Shown here: positions 63,115 to 64,000 of the stretch, piece after piece
How the letters are laid out: each line of letters begins with the position of its first letter
Position numbering within the stretch: position 1 is the stretch's first letter
DNA from: Laetmonice hystrix
Lineage: Eukaryota
DNA length: 64,000 bases
Direction: 5' to 3'
Assembly (NCBI GenBank): GCA_965235115.1
Contig: OZ249436.1
Coordinates: forward strand, 41,170,001-41,234,000
Notes under the pieces: generated by a model
Seen by the model: the letters and a program-made list of their open reading frames with translations, nothing else
Database searches by the model: none
Told to the model about the DNA's origin: nothing
Program-made: the position numbers and the translations under genes

Positions 63115-63408
63115 AAAAAAGACAATGTCAAGCATCCAGAGCTGTGCCCCCCCGTTCCCATGCATGAGACATTCTAAACATTAAACTGATTAGGCCTATT
63201 TCACTCAGGACTGCGTATCATGTAGGCATTCCATATAGGCCTAGGCCTACGTAGGGCCTATAGGCCTGCCTAATTTTTTAAAATGCCGGATATGGCCAGA
63301 AAGCATCCGCCTGGCCAGCTCTCTTTTAAAGTCACTTTTTTTAGGGCACGTTATTGTAGCGTTTTTCTTCGTCGTTCTTCCTTCGAAAATTAAACAAATT
63401 GCCACCAT

Positions 63409-64000
63409 TAGGGGGAATGTGCCTTATATCGCGCACTTAGTGCGCGATATAAGGACAAGGTTGTAAATACTAGGTGCTTAAAACATGGTCATTTCGACCA
63501 TTGCTGGCATATTTAAAATCAACGAGAGGATATCAGGTTTGCATCAAAAGACATCGCCCTGATTAACGTATAACACCTATGTAAATTGATTCAATATTTA
63601 ATTATTATGATCATTTGATATACCCATGTAATTAAGTCCTATTTTTTAATTTAAAAGGTGACTGCGCGATATTAAGACACCCATTGTTTCTAATATCGCG
63701 TGCATGTCCTTATATCGCGCATCATAGAAAGCTATTATAAAATGGCTATGCTCTAAGCAACATCTTTTAGGCCTATATGTCATCGCAAAATAACAGCTTG
63801 GTAGAAGAAATTGAATTTGAGCATATATGTACTGCTAGTCTAAATACTATCGAAAACAAGTTAGTTTTACATAAGTTTTAAATTTTTTATCACAAAAAAT
63901 CTGTTATTTACCTATTTTTATATATTTTTGTAGGACCAAAAAAATCGTTTCTACTTCTGGACCAAAAATCGTTGTGTTGTTTAGGCCTACACAAAATTTT
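63409..64000. mobile_element. Probable left part of a DNA transposon, truncated by the window end
   Basis: Palindromic CCTTATATCGCGCAC motif (63422-63454) reiterated at ~63663, ~63692 and ~63707, followed by AT-rich sequence. Confidence 0.4.

Overview
This is eukaryotic, intron-rich, repeat-rich invertebrate-type genomic DNA, so most of the ORF track is spurious. It holds two divergently oriented spliced genes. On the minus strand are the first five coding exons of a mitochondrial carrier of the SLC25A16 (Graves disease carrier) type (6263 down to 2451); the remaining exons were not found and probably lie left of the window. On the plus strand is a MARCH1/8-type RING-CH E3 ligase (exons 39092-39220, 42742-43026, 55454-55852). 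A CpG-containing promoter-like region sits at about 6.3-8 kb. The most striking structures are two unrelated giant foldback DNA transposons (10134-14380 and 17098-21551). Both have TAG...CTA termini and 3-bp target-site duplications (Academ-like) and are built from mirror-image tandem arrays. One carries repeated CCAAT/octamer/YY1 modules; the other has a core with a possible decayed transposase N-terminus. The window also has many MITEs (several nested, some with atypical 5- or 6-bp TSDs), a Helentron/DINE-like end and several minisatellites. No rRNA, tRNA, CRISPR array or intact transposase was seen. Superfamily names are inferred from termini and TSDs, not from database searches.
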